Shown here piece after piece: positions 1 through 12,679 of a stretch of 64,000 bases of DNA. A program made the translations under genes and the position numbers. The DNA is from Mobula hypostoma (lineage: Eukaryota). The stretch spans positions 16,184,001 through 16,248,000 of the forward strand of contig NC_086109.1 of the NCBI RefSeq assembly GCF_963921235.1, given 5' to 3'. Position 1 is the stretch's first letter. Each line of letters begins with the position of its first letter. The notes under the pieces were generated by a model. That model did no database searches. It was not told where the DNA came from and saw nothing but the letters and a program-made list of their open reading frames with translations.

Positions 1-127
1 ACTTTTCTTTGAGAAAGTGCTACAAGTTCACTTGATCCAATGTATCCCTGTGGTCAAGATGTTCCTAGATGTTCCTTAACAGGAGAATTTCAAGGTATTA
101 ATACCAGAAAACCTCCAAGAGGACCAC

Positions 128-460
128 ATGGTGTCATGGTTGGGAGGCTTGTATACCTCAGTAACCTGTAGTGCTATGCTGGCTGGAGTCAGGGCCTTAT
201 GCTTTGGCCAAAGAGGTTCAAGGGTAGAGGCCAGACTATGAATGGTTCAGTGGTTCTCCAGGTTTGGAGGTTCAGCCCAAGGCTAACAATGTTGACTTGT
301 AAAAGAAAACTGTTATGGAAACAGCAATGAAGAATCCTTCTACATCTGTGTGCGATGGTATTCCTGAGTTTCCATATGGGACTTGCACAGCTGCCAAAAC
401 CAGACAGAGATGGAGGCCCTTCATTGGTGCCCTAAATGCCAGTGATTGACAGTAAGTAAG
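128..460 (+). mobile_element. Short non-autonomous RTE-derived retroelement (RTE 5'-UTR-like head fused to RTE-like 3' end)
   Basis: Head resembles RTE 5' UTRs (ggcttgtatacctcagt...gctatgctggc). It carries a ggctaacaa...gtaaaa motif and ends in tggaggcccttcattggtgccctaaatgcc plus an (agta)n tail. Recognised by motif only. Confidence 0.55.
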
Positions 461-904
461 ATGGCAGAACAGTTGAGAAGGTTTGTAACTTTGGGGAGAA
501 CCAGAAGATAATGGTGCTCCTAATATTTTATATGCAGCAAGTTTATGTTTTAGATAACCTCGAAGGATGCATGCTGTTCGGGATTCCAGCACAGGAAAAT
601 AGATGAGAAAATCAGTTTTTTTGGTCCATACAATCTATGCTAGTACTTAAATAACATAGTTAACTTAATTATACTCTGCCTCCTTTAATATTTCCCTTTT
701 CCAGAAATTGCAATTTGTTTTTTGTTGAAGAATGACTGATTCAATATTTTGAGGGAGTCAATTCCACATTCTACTAACCCCCATGTGAAGAATTTTGTTC
801 CATCATGAGATAAATTTATTTTGGCCATTATCCTGAAGCAGCAGTTTTCATAAGACATTAGAGCAAAATTAGACCATTTGGCCCATCGAGACTGCACCTA
901 GGTG

Positions 905-1390
905 CGACTCGAGTAGCAGCAGTACTCTCAGTGGATACAATTAAATATTCCCATTTCAGCCTGATACAGCTAAAAAGCACAACTGCTTCCTGACACCTTC
1001 ACCATTGTTTTGGGGGATTTTAACCAGGCCAGTCTGAAAAACTCACTCAGCAACTACCATCAACAGATCACTTGCAATACCAGAGGAAGTAACACACTGG
1101 ATTATTGCTACACCAACATCAAGAATGCCTACCGTGCTATTCCACGCCCTCAGTTCGGGAAGTCTGATCATCTGGCTGTACTTCTACTCCCTGAGTATAA
1201 GCAGAGACTGAAGACTGTAGCACCAGTGTTGAGGACCAGGAAGGTATGGACCAGGGAAGCATAGAGGCGCCTACAGGACTGCTTTGAATCAGTGGACTGG
1301 ACTGTATTCAGGGATTCATCTTCGAACCTGGATGAGAATGCTGCAGTTGTTAGCGACTTCATTAAAACCTGTGTGGTTGAGTGTGTGCGA
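905..1390 (+). mobile_element. Rex/Babar-like LINE fragment, APE endonuclease C-terminal part
   Basis: ORF 1010-1264 has GDFN...TR...LDYCY...SDH, the APE endonuclease motifs. It is broken by a stop. Confidence 0.8.
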
Positions 1391-2015
1391 TGTAGTTATA
1401 AAGAAGGCAAGACAGCAGCTATACTTTATTAGGAACTTGAAGATATTTGGCATGTCAACAAATACACTCAAAAACCTCTATAATTGTACTGTGGAGAGCA
1501 CTCTGACAGACTGCATCACTGTCTGGTATGGAGGGGCTACTGCACAGGACTGAAAGAAGCTGCAGCAGGTTGTAAATCTAGTCAGCTCCATCTTGGGCAC
1601 CAGCCTACAAAGTACCCAGGACATCTTTAGGGAGCGGTGTCTCAGAAAGGCAGCGTCCATTATTAAGGACCTCCAGCACACAGGGAATGCCCTTTTCTCA
1701 CTGTTACCATCAGGTAGGAGGTACAGAAGCCTGAAGGCACACACTCAGCCATTCAGGAACAGCTTCTTCCCCTCTGCCATCCGATTCCTAAATGGACATT
1801 GAATCTTTTCACTACCTCACTTTTTTTTAATATACAGTATTTCTGTTTTCACACATTTTTTAAAAATCTGAAATTGATTTATTTGTTTATTTATTATTAT
1901 TTTTATTCTGTTCATTATTTTTTGCTCTCTGCTAAATTATATATTGCATTGAACTGTTCCTGCTAAGTTAAGAAATTTCACGTCACGTGCCGGTGATAAT
2001 AAACCTGATTCTGAT
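1390..2015 (+). mobile_element. Rex/Babar-like LINE 3' fragment
   Basis: KKARQQLYFIR...CTVES.LT.CITVWYG and KAASIIKD...LLPSGRRYRS...NSFFPSAIRFLN, followed by an AATAAA + ctgatt tail. Confidence 0.85.
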
Positions 2016-2019
2016 ATAG

Positions 2020-3820
2020 AATTTTGAACTGTACAGCACAGGAACAGATCCTTGTCCTGCAATACCTCAGCTGAACACAATGCCTAATTAATCTGATTCA
2101 CTTCTATCAATAGGTAAGCCATGTCCCTGCATTCCTTGCATTTTGATATATATATCCATCAGCCTCTTAAGATCCACTCCCACCTCTGGTGGTACGTTCC
2201 AAGGCACCTGCTGCTCTCTGTGTAAGTCATTTGCCACATCCACCTTCTTTAATCTTCCCCCCCCTCCCCACACTTTAAATGCTTGACATTTCTACCCTGG
2301 GGAACAGATTCTGACTTTCTGCCCTCTTTGCAACTCTCACAGAGTCATAGAGAAGTACAGCACAGAAACAGGACCTTCAGCCCATCTAAATCTGTTCAAA
2401 CTGCCCACTCCCATCAACCTGCACCTGCACCATAGCCCTCCATCCAAGTACTACCATCCATGTACATAAAAACATAAGAAATAGGAGCAGGAGTCAGCCA
2501 TCTGGTCAGTCAAGCCTGCTCCGCCATTCAATAAGATCATGGCTGATCTGGCCATGGACTCATCTCCACCTACCTGCCTCTTCCCCATACCCTTAATTCC
2601 TCCACTATGCAAAAAATCCAAACTTCTCTTAAACACTGAAATTGAGCTCCCATGCACCACTTGCACTGGCAGCTCATTCCATGCTCTCGTGATCCTCTGA
2701 GTGAAGAAATTTTCCTTTATGTTCTCCTTAAATTTTTCACCTTTCACCCTTAAGCCATGGTTTTGTCCCACCCAACCTGCTTGCATTTACCCTATCTATC
2801 TATCATCATCATTATCATCATCATCATCATCATCAGGTGCCGTGCCCAGTTTGAGCTCTGACTGCCATGGCCCACACACTGCTGTTTCAGGTCATGTGGA
2901 TCAATTCATTGGTATTCATTTCCAGTTCTCTGGCTGCTGTCTCCATCATCATTTGTCTTTGTCTTCCTCTTGCTTTCTTCCCTTCAATCTTTCCCATAAT
3001 TACCGTGCATTCTAACTCTTCTTTCCTAATCACATGTCCAATGAAGTTACATTGCCTTTTCATGATCTCATACATTATTTCTCTTTTTGTGTTTGCTCTG
3101 TTCATGACATCCTCGTTAGATATTCGTTTCGTCCATGAATCTCTGCATCCTCCTCAAAAACCACATCTCTGCTGCTTCAATTCATTTCCTCATATTACTA
3201 GATATTGTCCAACATTCTGAGCCATATAACATAACTGGATAAACATAACATTTCAGTACTCTGAGCCAGGTTGTCATGCCTAGTTTAGTGTTGGTCAGAA
3301 TACTATGTACTAGTTAATACGATGTTAAGAGTACGATCAGAACGAGCTATTCAGGTGCAAAAAGATTTGTTTGTTTGTTTTATTGACTACACAAAAGCAT
3401 TTGATAAAGTGAAGCACAATAAGTTATTTGAAATATTACAGGAAACTCTAGATCTATATTCGAAAGACCTCCGCCTAATCAGAAATCTGTACTGGGAACA
3501 AACTGCCACTGTAAGAATAGATGGAGAAATGAGTCAGTTCACAAAAATCAAGAGAGGCATTAGACAAGGGTGTGTTTTCTCACCTGATTTGTTTAATGTG
3601 TACAGTGAAACAATATTACAAAAAAATTACCCTATCTATACCCCCTATAATTGTATATAATTATAAGGGGTATAGATAGGGTAAATACAAGCAGGTTTTT
3701 ACCTTTTATAAACCTCTGTCTGGTTTACGCTCAGCCTCCGACACTCCTGGTAAACATCTACTGCACCATTTCCAAATCCCCCACATCTTTCCTGCAATGG
3801 GACAACAGAAATAGCACAGG
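2020..3820 (-). mobile_element. Stack of nested CR1 3' ends, interrupted by an RTE
   Basis: Minus ORF has HGLRVKGEKF..NFFTQR..AWNELP (CR1 ORF2 C-terminus). A second CR1 tail is inserted at about 2466-2615. Confidence 0.75.
2800..3626. mobile_element. RTE LINE insertion with inverted 5' segment
   Basis: Minus-strand 3' end (GHVIR...GKIEGKKARGRQR) with a (TGA)n tail at about 2800-2834. Plus-strand RT segment FIDYTKAFDKV...GIRQGCVFSPDLFN. 13-bp TSD ttaccctatctat at 2787-2799 and 3627-3639. Confidence 0.85.
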
Positions 3821-4224
3821 TCACTAGGCTGCTGGTGGCTCATTGAGAATACAAGCAAAATCCCATGCATTTAAATTAAAATATGATTGATGGGTACAAC
3901 TATAGTTCATTTGACCTCAATATCTCATTTTTTAATGAAATGTACAGATTAAATTTAACCTTTGTGAATATATTGATAAAGCAGTAAGGCAAAAGGCAAA
4001 GTCGGTGAGTTTTCTTTTGTTTGTAATAAATGCTGTAGTTCCTGGGTTTACTGACATATGGTACATGCTTGTTAAAAATATATATGCATGTTAGGTACTT
4101 GCTTAGTGTGTGTGCAGAATTAAATTGATGCTGAGTCATGGGCAGAAATCAAGTGGCCAGAATTTGTCAGGGAGAAACAGGGAGCTGGTGGCATGGAATG
4201 GTGATGGGAGGCTAATTCAGAGCT

Positions 4225-4755
4225 AAGGTTATAGATGGCTAGATGGCTAACTCTATCACAAGCATAAGCCTCCCAACCACTGAGGACATCTTCAAAAACC
4301 AATGCCTCAAGAAGGTGGCATCTATCATTAAGGGCCATGACACTCAGGACATGGGTAGTGAGGGTTATAGATGGCTAACTCCATCACACGCATAAGACTC
4401 TCCGCCACTGAGGTCATCTTCAAATGATGATGCCTCAGGAGGGCAGCAGCCATCATCATGGAACCTCACCACTCAGGACAAGCCCTCTTCTCATATCATC
4501 AGGGAAGAGATACAGAAGTCTGGAGTCCTGCCCTTTTTATCTTAGGAACAGTTTCTTCCCCACTTCCATCAAATTTCTGAATGACCCATAAACCCACAAA
4601 TAACACCATGTTTTCCTCAAACTTTATCTATCGACCATTTGTTTGTTTGTTATTGTAACTTATAGTCATCTTTTTAATGTTCTGCACTGTACTGCTGCCA
4701 CAGAGCAGCAAATTTCACAACATACTCCAGTGGTGATAAATCTGATTCCGATCCT
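4225..4755 (+). mobile_element. Degenerate Rex/Babar-like 3' end with a partial tandem duplication
   Basis: The block ggttatagatggcta...catcact/caggaca occurs twice. Ends in a gtgataaatctgattccgat tail. Confidence 0.6.
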
Positions 4756-6083
4756 GACAGCACAACTGGCAAGGGTGAGACATTGGAAGTGGAGGATGTG
4801 TGAGGGGTAAATGGAGATTGCGGTATTGGCTTCCCATCAGTTTCTGTCCGTTAACTCTCCTGGGTTGCACCCTGGGATACCTTACACCCTATGATAAAGA
4901 CATCATACAGGTTGGTGAGGAGTACACTTGAAGGGAAGAACTGAATATGAATTTCTGCTTCACTTGGAAGGACTGTTTGGGTCTCTGAGGAGAGAAAAGG
5001 TAAAAGAGCAGAACTTTCATCTCTTGTGATTATATTATATATTGCATTCCATACTCATGATGTGGTATCCTATAGAATAGGTGACTTCTTTATGGTGTAT
5101 TTGCTAAAGTCCACAAGGCTTCAGAATTAGATTCAAATTTTGCTTTGCAAGCAGTCTTTGTATGTAAATCTTCATTGATTCTATTGTATTTCCTTGTACT
5201 ACTGTGAATGCCTGCAAGGAAATGAATCTCAGGGGAGTATCCATACTTTGGTAATAAATTTACTTTGGATGTATAACTTTAAGATTCAGATTCAAATTTG
5301 TTTATCTCATGAGACAAGTAGGGTAGTTATGGAAAATATGACAATTAAAGAAGAGGAAGTACTGACACTTTTAAGGAATATAACAGTGGATAAGTCTCCA
5401 GGTCCGGACAAGATATTCCCTAGGACTTTGAGGGAAGTTAGTGTAGAAATAACAGGGTCTCTGACAGAAATATTTCAAATGTCATTAGAAATGGGAATGG
5501 TGCCAGAGGATTGGCGTATTGCTCATGTGGTTCCATTGTTTAAGAAGGGTTCTAAGAGTAAACCTGGCAATTATCGGCCTGTGAGTTTGACGTCAGTTGT
5601 GAGTAAATTGATGGAAAGTATACTTAGAGATGGTATATATAAGTGTCTGGATAGACAGGGTCTGATTAGGATCAGTCAACATGGATTTGTGCGTGGAAGT
5701 TCATTTTTGACAAATCTTATTGAATTTTTTGAAGAGGTTACTAGGAAAGTTGACGAGGGTAAAGCGGTGGATGTTGTCTATATGGACTTCAGTAAGGCCT
5801 TTGACAAGGTTCCACCCGGAAGGTTAGTTAGGAAGGTTCAATCGTTATGTATTAATATTGAAGTAGTAAAATGGATTCAGCAGTGGCTGGATGGGAGATG
5901 GCAGAGAGTAGTGGTGGATAACTGTTTGTCAGATTGGAGGCCGGTGATTAGTGGTGCGCCTCAGGGATCTGTACTGGGTCCAATGTTGTTTGTCATATAC
6001 ATTAATGATCTGGATGATGGGGTGGTAAATTGGATTAGTAAGTATGCAGATGATACTAAGATAGGTGGAGTAGTGGATAATGA

Positions 6084-6165
6084 TGCAAAGACGAGGGATT
6101 CTGACGTCGACTGTACCTCTTCCTAGAGAGGCTGCCTGCCCTGCTGTGTTCACCAACAACTTTGA
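6084..6165 (+). mobile_element. Short Penelope 3'-tail-derived insertion
   Basis: acgtcgactgtac...ctgcctgccctgctgtgttcacc matches the PLE tail at 35105-35165. 12-bp TSD agtggataatga at 6072-6083 and 6166-6177. Confidence 0.8.
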
Positions 6166-6598
6166 AGTGGATAATGAAGTAGGTTTTCAAAGCTTGCAGA
6201 GAGATTTAGGCCAGTTAGAAGAGTGGGCTGAAAGATGGCAGATAGAGTTTAATGCTGATAAATGTGAGGTGCTACATTTTGGTAGGACTAATCAAAACAG
6301 GACATACATGGTAAATGGTAGGGCATTGAAGAATGCAGTAGAACAGAGGGATCTAGGAATAATAGTGCATAGTTCCCTGAAGGTGGACTCTCATGTGGAT
6401 AGGGTGGTGAAGAAAGCTTTTGGTATGCTGGCCTTTATAAACCAGAGCATTGAGTATAGGAGTTGGGATGTAATGTTGAAATTGTACAAGGCATTGGTAG
6501 GGCCATATTTGGAGTATTGTGTACAGTTCTGGTCACCGAATTATAGGAAAGAAGTCAACAAAATAGAGAGAGTACAGAGAAGATTTGCTAGAATGTTA

Positions 6599-6734
6599 AG
6601 CAACACACATAAAAGTTGCTGGTGAACGCAGCAGGCCAGGCACCTCTTCCTACAGATGCTGCCTGGTCTGCTGCGTTCACCAGCAACTTTTATGTGTGTT
6701 GCTTGAATTTCCAGCATCTGCAGAATTCCTGTTG
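6599..6734. mobile_element. Fold-back Penelope-tail insertion
   Basis: 45-bp inverted arms at 6598-6642 and 6660-6704. 15-bp TSD tttgctagaatgtta at 6584-6598 and 6735-6749. Confidence 0.85.
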
Positions 6735-7614
6735 TTTGCTAGAATGTTACCTGGGTTTCATCACCTAAGTTACAGAGAAAGGTTGAACAGGTTGGGTCTT
6801 TATTCTTTGGAGCATAGAAGGTTGAGGGGGGACTTGATAGAGGTATTTAAAATTATGAGGGGGATAGATAGAGTTGACATGGATAGGCTTTTTCCATTGA
6901 GAGTGGGGAGATTCAAACAAGAGGACATGAGTTGAGAGTTAAAGGGCAAAAGTTTAGGGGTAACATGAGAGGGAACTTCTTTACTCAGAGTGGTAGCTGT
7001 GTGGAACGAGCTTCCAGCAGAAGTGGTTGAGGCAGGTTCGATGTTGTCATTTAAATTTAAATTGGATGGCTATATGGATGGGAAAGGAATGGAGGGTTAT
7101 GGGCTGAGTTTAGGTTGGTGGGACTAGGTGATAGTAAGAGTTCAGCACGGACTAGAATGGGCGAGATGGCCTGTTTCCGTGCTGTAATTGTTATATGGTT
7201 ATATGGTTATAACACAATCAGCATGAACAACAACAACAAAACAAAAGACAACAGTAAAACCAGCCCCTTTCCCACCCTCCAACACACCTACTCACACACA
7301 GAAACAGTGACCCTGAGCATCCTATAGTCCAGCATTTTAATTCTCTGTCCCACTTTGATCTATGTGCCTGAGGCTTCCCGCACTGCTATAACAAGTTCCA
7401 ACCTATGATGAAGAAATAATGCCTCATCTTAAATTGGGACGGAGAACACTAGGGTCACCTCAGTAGGTCTGACTTCGCCTGATGAAAGGTGTCCCATAAC
7501 CCTATCCATCCCTCCCCTATTTCTTTACAAATTCTTCCCTCACTCTCCCTGAGCCTTAGCACCCACAACATCATGTTCAGGAACAGTCATTACCCATCAA
7601 TTATCAGGCTCCTG

Positions 7615-8231
7615 TATGCATCAGAAACCCGGACAACATACCGACGACATCTGAAGGCACTTGAAAAGTTCCATCAACGCTGTCTTCGAAACATCATAAA
7701 TATCAGCTGGTAAGATAGAAGAACCAATGTCAGTGTGTTAAATGAAGCAAAAACAACAAGCATTGAAGCCTATTTCATCAAGAACCAACTAAGATGGAGT
7801 GGTCATGTTGTTCGGATGAAAGACGAATGTCTGCCGAAACAAATCTTCTACTTCCAGCTTAAAGAAGGCAAATGTAAAAGAGGCAGACAACAGAAGAGAT
7901 TCAAAGATGTCTTAAAAGCCAACATGAAGAAATGTAACATCTACATCAGCAATTGGGAAACCAAGGCCAAGGACAGAAAACTCTGGCAAGCCGTCATCCG
8001 AGAAGGAACAGCAACTTTCGAAGCCAACAGATGTGCAGAATTAGAAGAAAGGAGAAGAAAATGGAAAGAGAGGCAGCAACAACCAAAGCCCGATCTGCCG
8101 TCTGGAACTATCTGTCCTGAATGCGGAAGAACTTTCAAAGCCAAGATTGGACTCATAAGCCACTTGAGAGCCCATAAGTAGATCAACAGAACGAAGACCA
8201 TCATCCTCGACCTCGAGGGATAGCCACGACG
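7615..8231 (+). mobile_element. 5'-truncated RTE LINE with C-terminal C2H2 zinc finger
   Basis: YASET...FHQRCLRNI, QLRWSGHVVRM and CPECGRTF...LISHLRAH. TSD atcagg(c/g)tcctg at 7603-7614 and 8232-8243, inside a Rex-like tail. Confidence 0.9.
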
Positions 8232-11200
8232 ATCAGGGTCCTGAACCAGCATGGATAACTTCACTCACCACAACTGTAAACTGATTCCATAAACAAACTA
8301 TGGACTCATTTTCAAGGAATCTACAACTCAAATTCTCAATATGTATTATTATTAATGGTATTATTATTATTATTTACATTTGCGCAGTTTATCTTCTTCT
8401 CACATTGATTATTGATCTTTGTAATTTTTTATTGAACTGTTGTGTTCCTTTATTCTCCTGTGAATGCCGAAAAGAAATTGAATCTCAGGGTAATACGTGG
8501 TAACATATACATACTTTGATAATAAATTTACTTTGAACTTTTGTTTTGATGAAGGATCTCTGACTTGAAATGTTAATACTGTTCATCTCACCATAAGCAC
8601 TGCTTATCTTGCTAGGCATTTCCAACAGATTCAAAGGTTCATTTATTATCAAAGCACGTATCCATATACAGCTCTGAAATTTGTCTTCTCCAGATAACCT
8701 CGAAACAAAGAAAGAACATGAAAGTCATTCAGAGAGAAACATCAATCTGCCCCCACCCCCGCAAAAAAACTAACAGAATATCAACCCGCAAGCACTCTCC
8801 CCTCACACAACAAAATGGAAAAGGGATAGGTTATAAAGAACACAGAATATAAAAACCATAAATCTTTGCAAGTCCACAGTCCATGGACACAATATTCCTG
8901 TTTGTATCTCAGGCTTGCAGCATCTGCAGGTTTTTGGAGTTTCAGTTATTCAACTACCCATTCACTTGGAGACTGTCATTGACATATGTCAAAGTGTAAA
9001 TGCTTTTCGTCACACAGCTTTCACTGCTATATTCATCCTGTCAAATTTCTTTGTTCATGCCTATTTGCATGTTATTTACATGAAGCTGTCACTTTCTTAA
9101 AGGAACTTTCAATAAATAAAGTTTACGGCACTTCTAAAATGCTGTAATTCAACTCTGCCCATCACTGTCAGTATGTGTGATGAATTCTGACATTGCCTTT
9201 ATTTCCTTGGCAGTTACGTTCTGCTGTGCATCTGCTAAGTATGGAGAACTCCAGAATGTGACAACACCAGTCAATTGAAGATCTATTCTGGTCCTTGTGA
9301 TATGACAGCTCGACTTACAAAGATTATTCCTTTGTGTATATTCCCATCTATGAATTCTTGATGATGTTGTTTGACAATTAAAGGGCTTTCATGCATTATG
9401 TTCTAAATGTACATGTAAGGTCAGAATCAATAATCACACAGTGGGCAGAGGGGTCATGTGAGCAAATGCCTGGCAGAGTCTCACTGAGAGATGGCATCAA
9501 TGACAGGAAGGCTTGAACTTTACAGGCAAAATGATATCTTCCACCACTTACCACATAGAACGTTTTCTACAAAGATCTCAAAGATCTCTTTGCGAGGATT
9601 TCTTCATTCCCAATGACCAGGAAACTCCTGGGAGCCCAACTATTGAACTAGCTAAGCCTCCAGTCACAGGGATGCAGGTAATACTTTGTTTCATTTTATG
9701 TGCATATATGTATTGTGTGTGCACCGTGGTTTGGAGGGACATTGTTTTGTTTGGTTGTATATATGTACAGTCGAATGACAACAAACTTAACCTTGAAAAT
9801 GTTGGAGGAACTCAGCAGGTCAAGCAGCATTAATGCAGGAGAACAAACAGTTGATGTTTCAGACCAAGATCATTGATCAGAACTGGAAAGGAAAGGGTGG
9901 AGGGAAGGAAAAAAGCCAGAATAAGAAAGTAGGAGTGTGGGGAAGGACTACAAGCTGGCAGGTGATAGGTATTGAAGGTGATAAGTGGAAGAGGTCACAG
10001 GGAAGAATTCTCACACTTCAAGAAGCAAGGAGCAAAATTATTAACAAGTTTTTTTTATGTTAAAACTTTTTGCCAACTTCGAAATAAAGTTTCATATTTC
10101 CTCATGAGATTCAAATAGAAGCTGAACTATCATAAATAGGTATTTTGAAATCTATAGTTTAATGTCTTTGAAGGCACAGAATTTTAAATGAAGGATGACA
10201 ATCTACAATAAAAGTAAAATAATGATGGCCAGAGAGGTTGCTAATCAATACCAAAGCCTTGGAATGTTTTACACATTCTCCAACAATAAAGTTTAATGTT
10301 TTAAGTGAGAATTGTCTTAATGTCTGAAGTTCTTGTCTGATCTTGACTTCAGAAGTTGATGCTGCAGAAAGCAGGAGAAGAACACAATCTATGGAGGAGA
10401 ATTATTGATATCCAATCAGCACCCCCACACATAGCTACTCTTATATTTACTGTGATGTTGCTACCTGTGTTTATGATACATTGATGTTGAATGTACAGTG
10501 CTTCACCTACCTTAGACCATTGAACATACCACATAGTGCAGGCTTTTGGCCCATGGTTACTCCAACTCTTCCCACCCACGTAACCCTCTATTTTTCTTTT
10601 GTCCATGTGCCTCTGTAAGAAACTCTTAAAATTTCCTGATGTATCTATCTCTACTACCATGTCTTGTACCATATTCTACACATCCAACACTCTCCGTGTA
10701 AAAAAAAACTCTGACATCCCCCTTATACCTCCAATCACCTTAAAATTATGCCCTCTCATATTGGCCATTTCTGCCTTGGATAAAAAGTCACTGGCTGACC
10801 ACTCTGTCTTTGCCTCTTATCATCTTATACACATCTATCAAGTACCTATCATTCACTTCAAAGAGAAAAGCCCTAGCTTGCTCAGCCTATCCTCATAAGA
10901 CATGCTTTCTAATTCAGGCAGCGTCTCAGCCCGAAACGTCAACTGTACTCTTCTGCATAGATGATGCCTGGCCTGCTGAGTTTCTCCAGCATTGTGTGTG
11001 TGTTTCCCAGTAATTCTTCTCTGCACCCTCCAGCAATAGCCAGTTCATGAAGGAAGGAAAGTACATCTGAGAGGTGAGATGCAGGAGTGAAAGGTATCTG
11101 GGGAAAATTGCACAATAATGACCCAGAACCCCTCTTTGCGACTGCTCAGCGTGTCGGCAATGGAAAACATCTCCTCATGTGGATTGTGTGAGCCAATCCA

Positions 11201-11251
11201 CATTCAAGTATCAATTATCAGCATTCAGGTTTACAACCAGTGGCCACATCA

Positions 11252-12012
11252 TTAGAAACAGGAGTAGAACCCAGTGTAGTCTGCTGCTGTGGCCTATCCA
11301 CTTCAAGGATTGATGTAATGTGCATTCAAAGATGCTTTACACACCACTTTTGTTACACATGTTTGTCTGAGTTACTATCTCCTTCCTGTCAGTTTGAACC
11401 AGTCTGGCCATTCTCCCCTGACCTCTCTCATTAACAAGGCGTTTTCACCCACAGAATTGCTGCTCACTGGATTTTTGTTTTGTTTTTCTCATCATTCTCT
11501 GTAAACCCTAGAGACTGTTGTGTGTGAAAATCCCAGGAGATCAGCAGTTGCTCGAACTACCTCATCTGGCATTAATAATTATTCCATGGTCTTACTTAAT
11601 TTATACTTTATTGTTGCCAAACAATTGGCACTAGAACGTACAATTATCACAGCGATATTTGATTCTATGCTTCACACTCCCTGGATTACAAATATTAAAT
11701 ATAGTTAAAATTAGTAAATATTAAAAATTTAAATGATAAATCATAAATAGAAAATAGAAAACTGGGAAGTAAGGTAGTGCAAAAAATACCGAGAGGCAGG
11801 TCCGGATATTTGGAGGGTACAGCCCAGATCCGGGTCAGGATCTAATTTAGGAAGTAATTTAGATCATATTTCTTCCCCATTCTGAACAACAACTGAACCT
11901 CTTGACCATATCGACATGCTTTTATGCATTGAGTTGCTGCCACATGATTGATTAGATATTTGCATTAACACACAGCTGTACAGGTGCACCTAATAAAGTG
12001 GCCACTGTGTAT
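11252..12012. mobile_element. Tc1/mariner-type non-autonomous DNA element (MITE)
   Basis: Imperfect TIRs cagtggccacatcattag / ctaataaagtggccactg with TA-like flanks. A second copy lies at 26830-27242. Confidence 0.7.
11591..11842 (-). mobile_element. 3' UTR of a young Rex/Babar-like LINE inserted in the MITE
   Basis: Nearly identical to 32101-32350, which is attached to a Rex-like ORF. Confidence 0.8.
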
Positions 12013-12679
12013 ATGTTGCATTGGTGTATTCTTGGGTGAGAACATGTTTTTATATTCCACTTCACTTGAATAACCCATTCGCAAAGCTGATGGGACGTTG
12101 GAATTGTACCGCAGTCAGAAAATCGGTTTATTATTGGTCACATACACATGTGTAAAACAAATACTGCTTACCAATATTACATGAATTCAGAGCCAGAAGT
12201 GATGGCGATCTCAAGCCATCTCATTATATATTCCAAAATCCAAAACACTTCTGGCCACAATCATTTTGGGAAAGGGGTACTCACCTTATACTTTACATTT
12301 CTTCTTGTGACTTACAGTAATTTTTTTATGTATTGCACTGTCCTGCAGTCACAAAATGACACATTTCACAGCGCTTGTCAGTCATAATAAACCCAATCCT
12401 AAAGCATCCATACAGGTTATTTCATCACATCAGTACATTAAGGTAGCACAAGGAAAATCTCCAGTCCTGAAAAAGATTTAGGAAAAACTTCTGCCTTCAT
12501 CTCACCTTTGTTGACTTCTGGATATCCCAAAGAACCCAGGAGCCAAAGAAATCTAGAGGTGGAACTCAGCTAAGTGGGTGGCAAAGAAAATGGACATTTT
12601 GCCCATCAATCTGTGCTGTTTTTAATGTAACTACTGTTCCTCTTCATTTACTCCTGTTTGAAGGGTGGGTTAAATCAGA

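Larger units (their letters stand above)
5308..7210 (+). mobile_element. Young 5'-truncated CR1 LINE (ORF2 reverse transcriptase)
   Basis: KSPGPD, NYRPVSLTS, YMDFSKAFDKV, PQGSVLGP, YADD and CVQFWSP motifs; (ttatatgg)n tail. The frame is disrupted by two small insertions. Confidence 0.95.
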
